IMG/VR virus record: IMGVR_UViG_3300021185_002646
Span: 1-64,000 of that record
DNA: 64,000 nucleotides
Source of the DNA: a virus
Reading direction: 5' to 3' (one strand)
Position numbers and translations under genes: made by a program. The notes under the pieces were generated by a model. It was not told where the DNA came from and did not search any database. It was given only the letters and a program-made list of their open reading frames with translations. Below are positions 39,698-47,745 of the stretch, piece after piece; position 1 is the stretch's first letter, and every line of letters starts with the position of its first letter.

Positions 39698-40675
39698 ATG
39701 AGTAAAGTACATCTATTATCAGAATTAATAACACGTTTGCAGAGTTTTGACACACAAGTTGATAAACTAGAACTCTTGCAGACGTATCGAAAAGAACCTA
39801 TATTTAAACGAATAATTACTATTGCATATAATCCATGGATAGATTTTGAAATGCAAGATTTCACTCCAAGACGCATGGGTAAGCAGTTTGGTATGGGACT
39901 AACTAAGTTCTTACATATTTTAACAGATATTATTGATGAAAAATATGATGAAAGAGAAAAGAACTTTTCTTGTCAAATGGCAATGAATCATATAGACGAA
40001 CGTGATGCTGCACTATTTGTTAGTTTGTTAAGACAAGATTTAGATCTAGGACTAGAGCCTGAAACAATTAACAAAGTATGGCCTGGATTAATTATGGTGT
40101 ATCCACTAAGTACACCAACAGTAGCAGATTATAAAACATTTCACAAATATCCAGCAGCAGTACAACCAATCAGTAGAGGTCTACGAGTTAATGTAATTGT
40201 TCATAAAGGATTAGTTAGTTACAAAGATAAAGAAGGTAACAATATTGAAGGTTGGAATATGTACGATGAGCAGTTTATTAATTTAGCACAAAACAATAGC
40301 ACAGTATTTGATGGCCATGCAGTTGTGGCAAATGGAATAACTATTGTAGAAACTGACAATCAAAAAGTATTAGAAGCAGACCCAGAAAATGTTAAGTTTG
40401 TATTTTGGGATATTATACGTTATGATGGATTTGTAAAAGGTGAAGATTCACGTATAGGTTATAACTGGCGACATAATGGACTTGAGCATATGATTATGCT
40501 TGCATTTGATAAAAACAAAACACCTTGTTATGATATTGTAAAAGCTGACCTTGTTGGAAGTGATGAACAGTTAGAATTAACTGTTAAAAAGTTTGCAAAT
40601 AAATGTGTTATAAAACGTTTAGATGGAACATGGATACGTGGAAACGATCCAACGCAAGTTATTTACGAGTCTTAA
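39698..40675 (+). CDS. T4 gp30-like DNA ligase homolog lacking catalytic lysine and OB domain
   Basis: AYNP, DL.LG...TINKVWPGLI, QPISRGLRV in place of KxDG, VFDGH, FWDII. Confidence 0.7.
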   Translation: MSKVHLLSELITRLQSFDTQVDKLELLQTYRKEPIFKRIITIAYNPWIDFEMQDFTPRRMGKQFGMGLTKFLHILTDIIDEKYDEREKNFSCQMAMNHIDERDAALFVSLLRQDLDLGLEPETINKVWPGLIMVYPLSTPTVADYKTFHKYPAAVQPISRGLRVNVIVHKGLVSYKDKEGNNIEGWNMYDEQFINLAQNNSTVFDGHAVVANGITIVETDNQKVLEADPENVKFVFWDIIRYDGFVKGEDSRIGYNWRHNGLEHMIMLAFDKNKTPCYDIVKADLVGSDEQLELTVKKFANKCVIKRLDGTWIRGNDPTQVIYES

Positions 40676-41411
40676 TTTTCTTAATATATTGATTTCCAAA
40701 GTGGTCATATAATCCATCAAAGAACTGAAACTTACTAAATGCTTTACCAGTTCCTTTCATTCTATCTTTAAATCGTTGCCACCATGTTACTTTGGTTTTA
40801 ATATGTACATCATATGTAATATATTGTATTTGCCCTACATGTTTGTAATATCCAAAGAATGGAACTCTAGTAACAAGATCATTATTGTTAACAAAACGAT
40901 ATGCCGCAATATCTTTAAACTGTTCGCCCCATGTTCTATCACCTACTTTTGGTGATCCATATGTATATAATTCTAAATCTGCACCCAATTGGTGAAATCT
41001 AGTAGCACATATAGTTGCCATTGCAGCTCCCAAACTATGTCCAGTAATTACTATTTTTTTAGTAGTTAGTTTTTTACCCAACCACTTAATAATTTCAGGA
41101 TATAGTTTATCTAGTTCATGCTTAAACCCAGAATGTACTGTACCTGTTGTATCAGCACCTGCTGGCCAAGCCTTAATATCTGCTATTAAGTCGCCTATTT
41201 GAGCGCCTTCAGTGCCCCTAAAAGCAACGATCACATAGTCATGCATAACAATGCCATAACCTTGTGCGTTTTCTTTTTCAAAGAATTTAACACTTGAATG
41301 TTTTATTTTATTATCTTTTAGGAATTTAACTACCTCTGGTTTTTCGCCATATACTACTTTTGATATATCAATACATAGTTCTGCTAATTTCCAGTTTATT
41401 TGTTTGTTCAT
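40659..41411 (-). CDS. class 3 lipase
   Basis: VAFRGTE, VHSGF, GHSLG, YGSPKVG, DLVTRVP. Confidence 0.9.
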   Translation of the reverse strand: MNKQINWKLAELCIDISKVVYGEKPEVVKFLKDNKIKHSSVKFFEKENAQGYGIVMHDYVIVAFRGTEGAQIGDLIADIKAWPAGADTTGTVHSGFKHELDKLYPEIIKWLGKKLTTKKIVITGHSLGAAMATICATRFHQLGADLELYTYGSPKVGDRTWGEQFKDIAAYRFVNNNDLVTRVPFFGYYKHVGQIQYITYDVHIKTKVTWWQRFKDRMKGTGKAFSKFQFFDGLYDHFGNQYIKKIKTRK

Positions 41412-41734
41412 TATTTTTTAACCTTTGGATCGTTAACTAGTTTTTCTAGTCTATGTGTAGGTATGCGTGTATTGTAAATGTATCTCCATACTTTACCTCT
41501 GCCGTTATCAATTTCAAATATAGTTTCTCGCATGCCTATATTAATAATAGTAGCTCTTTCACCGTCAAGATATACTTCGTCACCCGGCTCAAACCCAGGT
41601 TTCATTTTCCAACGTATACTTGCTACAAAATCACCTACTAGTTCTTTAAACCATAGAACTATGATCGCGGTAACACCTAACCCAATTAATGGCTCTAAAA
41701 GCTGTGAAATTTCTAATGCTTGTTGTTCTAACAT
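41411..41734 (-). CDS. MscS-like small membrane protein (TM + beta domain)
   Basis: TM helix then FEPGDEVYLDG..A.I..IG.R.T.F; minus-strand AATAAATA upstream. Confidence 0.6.
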   Translation of the reverse strand: MLEQQALEISQLLEPLIGLGVTAIIVLWFKELVGDFVASIRWKMKPGFEPGDEVYLDGERATIINIGMRETIFEIDNGRGKVWRYIYNTRIPTHRLEKLVNDPKVKK

Positions 41735-41768
41735 ACTATAACTATTTATTTAAAATTGACAAAAATTG

Positions 41769-41797
41769 TTGACAAACAGACAATAATATACTATAAT
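41769..41797 (+). promoter_or_regulatory. sigma70 promoter
   Basis: TTGACA-17bp-TATAAT. Confidence 0.8.
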
Positions 41798-41825
41798 TAC
41801 ACTATTGAAATGAAAGGAGTTACCA

Positions 41826-42368
41826 ATGAGTAATGAAAACAGTAATGTACCAGCAGTAACATTTATGGTACGAGTACCAGATCCTACAGCAGAAGGAAAT
41901 GCTTGTGAAATTGTACCATCAACGTGGGCAGAGTTAACAACTGGTGAAATTTTTAATAACAAGAAAGTTATTGTGTTTAGTTTGCCAGGTGCGTTTACAC
42001 CAACATGTAGCACGTTCCAATTGCCAGGATTTGAACAAGATGCACAAAAGTTTTATGATAAGGGTGTAGATGATATTTATTGTATTAGTGTTAACGATGC
42101 ATTTGTAATGAATGCATGGCGTGACTCACAAAACTTAAAAAATGTTAAAATTATTCCAGATGGCAACGGCGATTTTACTAAAGGCATGGACATGGATGTC
42201 ACATTTAATAATCGCGGCTTTGGTATTCGTAGTTGGCGTTATGCAATGATTGTTGATAACGGAACTATTACAAAAATGTTTGTAGAGCCAGGAAAAGCAA
42301 TAGATTCAGATCCAGATCCATATGGTGAAACTTCACCTGATAATGTGTTTGCATCTCTACAGGAGTAA
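41826..42368 (+). CDS. peroxiredoxin (Prx5-type)
   Basis: PGAFTPTCS, SVNDAFVMNAW, DGNG, RSWRYAM. Confidence 0.93.
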   Translation: MSNENSNVPAVTFMVRVPDPTAEGNACEIVPSTWAELTTGEIFNNKKVIVFSLPGAFTPTCSTFQLPGFEQDAQKFYDKGVDDIYCISVNDAFVMNAWRDSQNLKNVKIIPDGNGDFTKGMDMDVTFNNRGFGIRSWRYAMIVDNGTITKMFVEPGKAIDSDPDPYGETSPDNVFASLQE

Positions 42369-42863
42369 TTGTTGAAAGTATTTAAATCGTCTATTGATAA
42401 TTTTTTTAGATGGGTTAACTCTAGCGAATTAGTAGAGTTAACTGACATTGATGTAAATGAAGATCCAGTAAGACCTGAACTAGATGTAGAGTTTAGAACA
42501 AGTTATGGTAGAAAAATCTTTGGACTAAAATACAAAAATGATATAGAAGGTATTATATGTGTAGCATTTTGTAATGACTTACCACAAAGTGAACGAGAAC
42601 TTGATTTAATTAGTCAAAACGCATATTTGCGTGACAATGCCAATATTGCAGTTGCGTACACAGTATGGTCACGTAAACGTGGCGCTGGTAAAGAAATTGT
42701 AGCAAAACTAAAAGAGCATATAAAAGAAAAAACAAACATTGAACGAATAGTTACATTATCTCCATTAACACCAATGGCAACACATTTTCATATAAGCAAC
42801 GGTGCTAAATTAATACAACATAATGCAACTACTCAGAATTTTGAGTATAAGTTAGATAAATAG
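42369..42863 (+). CDS. conserved phage protein, GNAT-like
   Basis: EDPVRP, AVAYTVWS..RGAG, VTLSP...A..FH..NGA. Confidence 0.6.
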   Translation: MLKVFKSSIDNFFRWVNSSELVELTDIDVNEDPVRPELDVEFRTSYGRKIFGLKYKNDIEGIICVAFCNDLPQSERELDLISQNAYLRDNANIAVAYTVWSRKRGAGKEIVAKLKEHIKEKTNIERIVTLSPLTPMATHFHISNGAKLIQHNATTQNFEYKLDK

Positions 42864-42884
42864 TATTTCATATAGGAAGAAACT

Positions 42885-43295
42885 ATGGCATATAGCGAAA
42901 AAGTGCTAGACCATTACAATAATCCAAGAAATGTAGGTAAATTTGACCCCAATGAAGAGAATATCGGAACTGGTATGGTAGGTGCACCTGCATGTGGAGA
43001 TGTAATGCGTTTACAAATAAAAGTAGATGACAATGGCATCATAGAAGATGCAAAGTTTAAAACATATGGTTGTGGAAGTGCAATTGCTAGTTCAAGTATG
43101 GTAACAACTATGCTTAAAGGTATGACACTAGACGAAGCACAAGAAATTAAAAATACAACAATTGTTGAAGAACTAGCATTACCACCAGTAAAAATTCACT
43201 GTAGCGTATTGGCAGAAGATGCCATTAAAGCCGCAGTAAGAGATTACGGCGATAAAAAACAAAAAATAAACGCAAAACCGGTTGACATAACTTAG
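42885..43295 (+). CDS. iscU: Fe-S cluster scaffold IscU
   Basis: DHY.NPRNVG, APACGD, GCGSAIAS, LPPVKIHCS. Confidence 0.96.
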   Translation: MAYSEKVLDHYNNPRNVGKFDPNEENIGTGMVGAPACGDVMRLQIKVDDNGIIEDAKFKTYGCGSAIASSSMVTTMLKGMTLDEAQEIKNTTIVEELALPPVKIHCSVLAEDAIKAAVRDYGDKKQKINAKPVDIT

Positions 43296-43318
43296 TTTTG
43301 TGTTATCATAAATAACAT

Positions 43319-43618
43319 GTAACGTTGAAACTTGACTCAACGCATTTCAGGACCTCGGGGCAGTACCGAGCAGCTCCACCATAAACACATCTAGATGAGA
43401 TATTGAATCACTGCTTGGGTGTGCTTATGATGGGGCTGAAACAGGTTCGACTGGAAGGTTAGTAGGTAAGCGGAGTTATCGGGATCTAAGCACCGTTATC
43501 GCGAAGAAAATTTATAATTGCAAACGCAAATTATGAGCCAGAAATGGCATTAGCGGCTTAGTTTTAAGCACGTAGGGGTTTTGTAAGTTGAGCCTGGCAA
43601 CAGAATCAACTTACAACT
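43319..43618 (+). ncRNA. ssrA: circularly permuted (two-piece) tmRNA, alphaproteobacterial type
   Basis: T-arm CTCGG-GGCAGTA-CCGAG plus CAGCTCCACCA (ends 43381) lies before the 5' end GGGGCTG (43432; G3:U70); tag frame 43520-43561 ANANYEPEMALAA*; outer ends approximate. Confidence 0.92.
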
Positions 43619-43669
43619 AGATTATAATTAATATATTTTAGTATAAAAATAAAAATAATAGGAAAAACT

Positions 43670-44254
43670 ATGAAGAAGACTATAATTACAGCGGCATTAG
43701 TTGTCGCTTTAACTGGCGCGGCACAGGCCGACGACTATGACAACACATCAATATCAATGGCGGCTGAATCGGCAACTATGGGTATTTCATTGTCAACAAA
43801 CGATACATCTAGATCAATTGATGTTTATACAATGGGCAGAAGTCTAGATCTTGGAGCAGGAGTAAGTGATAACGGAACTAACCGTGATTATAGCCTATCT
43901 GCTGGAAGAACTATGGACATCATAAACGTAGGTCCTGTAGGAACATACGTTGATGGCGAAGTTGAATACAATTGGGGTGATACGTTTACTAAATCAGAAA
44001 TGCACTTTACTCCAACATTAGGTGGTAAAATGGACCTAGGTATCATTAGCCCATATGCTGAAGTAAATTACTTATTAAAGTCAGTTGAAGGTGACTTCAC
44101 AAGCATTGATAAAGTAAATCCAACAATGACTTTTGGTACAAAAGTTGCGTTGACTACTTCTACTTCATTGAACGCTAAATTAACTAATTCACTTAACAGT
44201 GATTGGAAATCTACGGACAAAGAAGTTAGTGTAGGACTTACAGTTAAGTTTTAA
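43670..44254 (+). CDS. outer-membrane beta-barrel protein
   Basis: Signal peptide ending AQA, alternating beta strands, C-terminal VGLTVKF. Confidence 0.75.
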   Translation: MKKTIITAALVVALTGAAQADDYDNTSISMAAESATMGISLSTNDTSRSIDVYTMGRSLDLGAGVSDNGTNRDYSLSAGRTMDIINVGPVGTYVDGEVEYNWGDTFTKSEMHFTPTLGGKMDLGIISPYAEVNYLLKSVEGDFTSIDKVNPTMTFGTKVALTTSTSLNAKLTNSLNSDWKSTDKEVSVGLTVKF

Positions 44255-44272
44255 ATTTAACAAAAGTAGGTT

Positions 44273-44301
44273 AAAAAGGTCGCTTAATGCGGCCTTTTTT
44301 T
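44273..44301 (+). terminator. intrinsic terminator
   Basis: AAAAAGGTCGC/GCGGCCTTTTT hairpin and T run. Confidence 0.8.
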
Positions 44302-44343
44302 ATGGTCGACAAATCATAATAAATGTTATAATATAGATAATAC

Positions 44344-44420
44344 GGACCCGTAGCTCAGTTGGATAGAGCGTTGGTTTGCGGAACCAAAGGCCAGGAGTTC
44401 GAATCTCTTCGGGTCCGCCA
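44344..44420 (+). tRNA. tRNA-Arg(GCG)
   Basis: Cloverleaf, TTGGT/ACCAA stem, loop TT-GCG-GA, encoded CCA. Confidence 0.92.
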
Positions 44421-44450
44421 AAATAATTTTACAATTCTGTAAAAAAGGTA

Positions 44451-44479
44451 TTGACTTAGATATCCGTTTATCGTATAAT
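44451..44479 (+). promoter_or_regulatory. sigma70 promoter
   Basis: TTGACT-17bp-TATAAT; a second TTGACA-18-TATACT at 44573-44602. Confidence 0.7.
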
Positions 44480-44630
44480 GTATGCATTGTTGTTGGAAAT
44501 AGTCAATTTCATAAACATAGTATATTACGATTTAGCATAACAACTAAACAGTATATATAAGATAAAAAATAGTTGACAGTAATGTGACTATTGTGTTATA
44601 CTAATAACACTAAAACAAGGAAGAGCGGAT

Positions 44631-44861
44631 ATGATTAGTAGTAGACAAATTGTGGAAATCATCAAAGATGAAATGAACAGAGAAGAAAACAGCCAAGAGA
44701 TCCGTATGGCACTGAAAAAAGTTAAGGAACGTATTGAAATTTTGGAAGAAATTGATTATGTGAATACTGTTAAATCGCCTATGTATAATGAAGAACAGGT
44801 GAAGCAACAAAGTAAAGCAAAAGCAAAAGCAACTGAAGAATTTGAGAAATTTTTTAAATAA
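44631..44861 (+). CDS. hypothetical protein
   Basis: 76-aa ORF after promoter. Confidence 0.6.
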   Translation: MISSRQIVEIIKDEMNREENSQEIRMALKKVKERIEILEEIDYVNTVKSPMYNEEQVKQQSKAKAKATEEFEKFFK

Positions 44862-45031
44862 TGACAGAGTTTAGCGAGATAACTAATAAAATTGAAGTAT
44901 CACAAGAATTAATAGAGGTGTTCAAAAGCCGTATCAAGCCAAGTGCTACTGGACACCTTTATACTACAATTAGTACGCTCGAACAATATATAACAGAACT
45001 TGAAAAACAACTAGACGCAATAGAGAAGTAA
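44861..45031 (+). CDS. small hypothetical protein (not in ORF track)
   Basis: TAATG overlap; 56 aa with TGHLYTTISTLE. Confidence 0.6.
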   Translation: MTEFSEITNKIEVSQELIEVFKSRIKPSATGHLYTTISTLEQYITELEKQLDAIEK

Positions 45032-45032
45032 A

Positions 45033-45338
45033 ATGCGATTCAAAGACATAAAAATGTTAGACCAAGGTAAGCCTCACGTAAATGGTAAGCAGGCAATTAT
45101 TGACTTTGGCAAATATAAACTAAGCATAATCTGTAATGACATGTCATATGGTGGCAAATCAGGCATGTACGAAGTAGGTGTGTTTAAAGACTGGGGAACA
45201 GAAGAAGAAAAACTATGTGAACTCCCAGGTATCACAACAGAAGGCGACACAGTCGCTGGATATCTAACTGCATCAAATCTAGATGCAATACTCCAAAAAA
45301 TGTATTTAATTACAGCAGAGGAACCAATACAAATTTAA
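45033..45338 (+). CDS. hypothetical protein
   Basis: SYGG..G.YEV.V...V.GYLT motif. Confidence 0.65.
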   Translation: MRFKDIKMLDQGKPHVNGKQAIIDFGKYKLSIICNDMSYGGKSGMYEVGVFKDWGTEEEKLCELPGITTEGDTVAGYLTASNLDAILQKMYLITAEEPIQI

Positions 45339-45347
45339 ACAGTTTTG

Positions 45348-45424
45348 GTCTCCTTAGCTCAGCTGGATAGAGCAACGGCCTTCTAAGCCGTAGGTCGAGG
45401 GTTCGAATCCTTCAGGGGACGCCA
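45348..45424 (+). tRNA. tRNA-Arg(TCT)
   Basis: Loop CT-TCT-AA, encoded CCA. Confidence 0.95.
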
Positions 45425-45426
45425 AT

Positions 45427-45511
45427 GCTCGCATGATGGAATTGGTAGACATAACAGACTTAAAATCTGTGGCCATATGGCGTCCCGGTTCGAGTCCGGG
45501 TGCGAGTACCA
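45427..45511 (+). tRNA. tRNA-Leu(TAA)
   Basis: Long variable arm, loop CT-TAA-AA, encoded CCA. Confidence 0.95.
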
Positions 45512-45516
45512 AATAT

Positions 45517-45591
45517 ATAGGTGTAGTGTTAATGGTAGCACGTTGGATTCCAAATCCAAAAGTCAGGGTTCAAATCCTTGCACCTATGCCA
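45517..45591 (+). tRNA. tRNA-Trp(CCA)
   Basis: Loop TT-CCA-AA, encoded CCA. Confidence 0.93.
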
Positions 45592-45596
45592 AATAT

Positions 45597-45673
45597 ACTC
45601 TTGTAGCATAGCGGTCTAATGCCACCCGCTCATAACGGGTCGATCACAGGTTCGAATCCTGTCGGGAGTACCA
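45597..45673 (+). tRNA. tRNA with CAT anticodon (elongator Met or Ile2)
   Basis: Loop CT-CAT-AA; paired 1:72 and no GGG/CCC anticodon stem, so not the initiator. Confidence 0.88.
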
Positions 45674-45688
45674 AGAAAGAAAAAGGAA

Positions 45689-45763
45689 TGGAAAGTAGCA
45701 TAACGGTAATGCAGTTGTTTTTGGTACAAAAGATTATAGGTTCGAATCCTATCTTTCCAGCCA
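45689..45763 (+). tRNA. tRNA-Gln(TTG)
   Basis: U1-A72, G73, loop TT-TTG-GT, encoded CCA; 27:43 mismatch. Confidence 0.88.
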
Positions 45764-45778
45764 ATAAAAGGATAGTCA

Positions 45779-46207
45779 ATGTATAAAGTAACAGCATGGT
45801 TTAAAGATAAAAAAATATCACAAGAATTTCACAATGTACTTGATGCTATTGAATATAGAGATGATGTGGACGCACATTATCCAACAAAGGTAATATTTAG
45901 AAAGGTAATATCAATGAGAGAATTTATTTACAACAGTTGGAACGTAGTTATGGATCATGAAAAGAATCCACTATGTAACATTCCAGATTTCAGCACACGG
46001 CACATGATTATGCAAGTATTAGCATGGATGTGGTGTATTGTATTTGCTATTATTGTAGGTAGCATGTGGGCAGGAGTGTTTAGTATGATGCTACACACAC
46101 TATTGCTTGGTGCAATTGCAATTACAGTAGCAACATTTGAAACTGCCAAACGTAAGCCACAATATTTTGGTGGATATGGTCGCGGTAACGGTGGCGAACA
46201 TGAATGA
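45779..46207 (+). CDS. membrane protein
   Basis: QVLAWMWCIVF and a second TM helix. Confidence 0.65.
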   Translation: MYKVTAWFKDKKISQEFHNVLDAIEYRDDVDAHYPTKVIFRKVISMREFIYNSWNVVMDHEKNPLCNIPDFSTRHMIMQVLAWMWCIVFAIIVGSMWAGVFSMMLHTLLLGAIAITVATFETAKRKPQYFGGYGRGNGGEHE

Positions 46208-46257
46208 TAAATAACTATCAAAAAAGATTACATTAGTAATATCAACGATGGAGGGTT

Positions 46258-46401
46258 ATGAAATTATACAAAAATTTTATAGCACACGAATCACAACCAA
46301 AAAAGACAAGTATAGGAAACACACATTCACGAACAAAATTCAGTTCTATGAACAAAAGCAAAAAACGTTCTTATAAAAAATATAAAGGACAAGGTAAGTA
46401 A
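46258..46401 (+). CDS. small basic protein (not in ORF track)
   Basis: GGAGGG RBS; 47 aa ...KKTSIG...SSMNKSKKRSYKKYKGQGK. Confidence 0.65.
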   Translation: MKLYKNFIAHESQPKKTSIGNTHSRTKFSSMNKSKKRSYKKYKGQGK

Positions 46402-46403
46402 TT

Positions 46404-46604
46404 ATGGGATTTAAACCAGCAACAAAGGTACAAAAGCCATTAAACCTTAAACGTTCTTTAAATGGAATTGAAATAAAGCCAACACTATTCATATCAAAAA
46501 ATGGTAAAAAGAAGATGGCTGGAAGTATAGATGGTGAAATAATTGTGGATAAAGATGGTAAAGTACTATCTTTACAACATATAAAGCACAACGGAATACT
46601 TTGA
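46404..46604 (+). CDS. small basic hypothetical protein
   Basis: 66-aa ORF. Confidence 0.55.
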   Translation: MGFKPATKVQKPLNLKRSLNGIEIKPTLFISKNGKKKMAGSIDGEIIVDKDGKVLSLQHIKHNGIL

Positions 46605-46744
46605 TAAATACTTGACACAAGTATAATTCCAGTGTAAACTAATAAATAATATAGTAATATCACTAGGAGATTCCTATGAATCTGCTATATTACAATGTGA
46701 GAAGATTCTCACAATAGACTATATAATATAAAAAGGAGATCAAT

Positions 46745-46912
46745 ATGATTGAATGGATTAAAGATAGACTAAGCGAACGTACATCTTGGGATGGCGGCGC
46801 TCTAATTGCCGTAGGAGTTATTACACTTTTCTTTAGTGCAATTATTCCAGTAAACTTATTAGCCTGGGCAGCCATTGTATATGGTGCTTGGACATTGTTG
46901 AAAAGCGAATAA
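46745..46912 (+). CDS. holin-like small membrane protein (not in ORF track)
   Basis: AAGGAG RBS; 55 aa, RLSERTSWDG then two TM helices; directly upstream of the endolysin. Confidence 0.65.
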   Translation: MIEWIKDRLSERTSWDGGALIAVGVITLFFSAIIPVNLLAWAAIVYGAWTLLKSE

Positions 46913-46917
46913 GTTAA

Positions 46918-47745
46918 ATGCAATTTGATTTTAAAGTAGAGCAAGTCGCAGAACTATTGCCACGTGTTAATGGCCTTTTATGGCATGATGCAATGCAGAG
47001 AGTTTTGCCCAAATGGAATATCAATACTGTTGAAAGAGTTGCAGGGTTTATAGCCCAAACGGCTCACGAATCAGGTGGATATACCGTTCTAACTGAGAAT
47101 CTAAATTACAGTGCCGAAGCACTGGATAAGATTTTTCCAAAGTATTTTAAACGAGCAGGACGAAATGCAAAAGATTATCATAGGCAACCTGAGAAGATTG
47201 CAAATGTAATTTATGCAGGTCGTATGGATAATGGTGATACAGATAGTGGAGATGGCTGGCGCTTTCGAGGTGGCGGCATTCTTCAGTTAACTGGTCGCTA
47301 TAATTATACACAATTTGGTAAAGCAGAAGATATGAGTGCAGAAGAGGCCACAGAGTTTGTTCGCAGTCCTATTGGAGCGTTAGCAAGTGCATGCTGGTTT
47401 TGGAATACAAATAACATTAATAAGTACTGTGATGCCCAAGATATTGTTGGGATGACAAAACGTATTAATGGGGGAACTATTGGACTAGAAGATCGCAAAA
47501 AACATTACGCACATGCGTTAGAAGTGTTAGGTGGACATTATACTCCACGTGAAACTTATGAAACTGTGCGTGTTGGATCTCGAGGTTCAACAGTTGCAAA
47601 ATTACAAGAAGCACTAGGAATTGGTGCAGACGGTATTTTTGGTAAAGGTACAGAAGCATCACTTAAAGAGTGGCAAAGCTCAAAAGGCCTAGTTGCTGAC
47701 GGTGTTGCTGGTCCTAACACATTAGGAATCTTATTTAAAGAGTAA
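46918..47745 (+). CDS. GH19 family endolysin with peptidoglycan-binding domain
   Basis: FIAQTAHES, ENLNYS, FRGGG.LQLTG..NY, RINGG; C-terminal DGIFG/DGVAG. Confidence 0.92.
   Translation: MQFDFKVEQVAELLPRVNGLLWHDAMQRVLPKWNINTVERVAGFIAQTAHESGGYTVLTENLNYSAEALDKIFPKYFKRAGRNAKDYHRQPEKIANVIYAGRMDNGDTDSGDGWRFRGGGILQLTGRYNYTQFGKAEDMSAEEATEFVRSPIGALASACWFWNTNNINKYCDAQDIVGMTKRINGGTIGLEDRKKHYAHALEVLGGHYTPRETYETVRVGSRGSTVAKLQEALGIGADGIFGKGTEASLKEWQSSKGLVADGVAGPNTLGILFKE

Noticed and set aside
46696-46713. CRP site (TGTGA...TCACA)
   Set aside because: The spacer is 8 bp rather than the canonical 6 bp.
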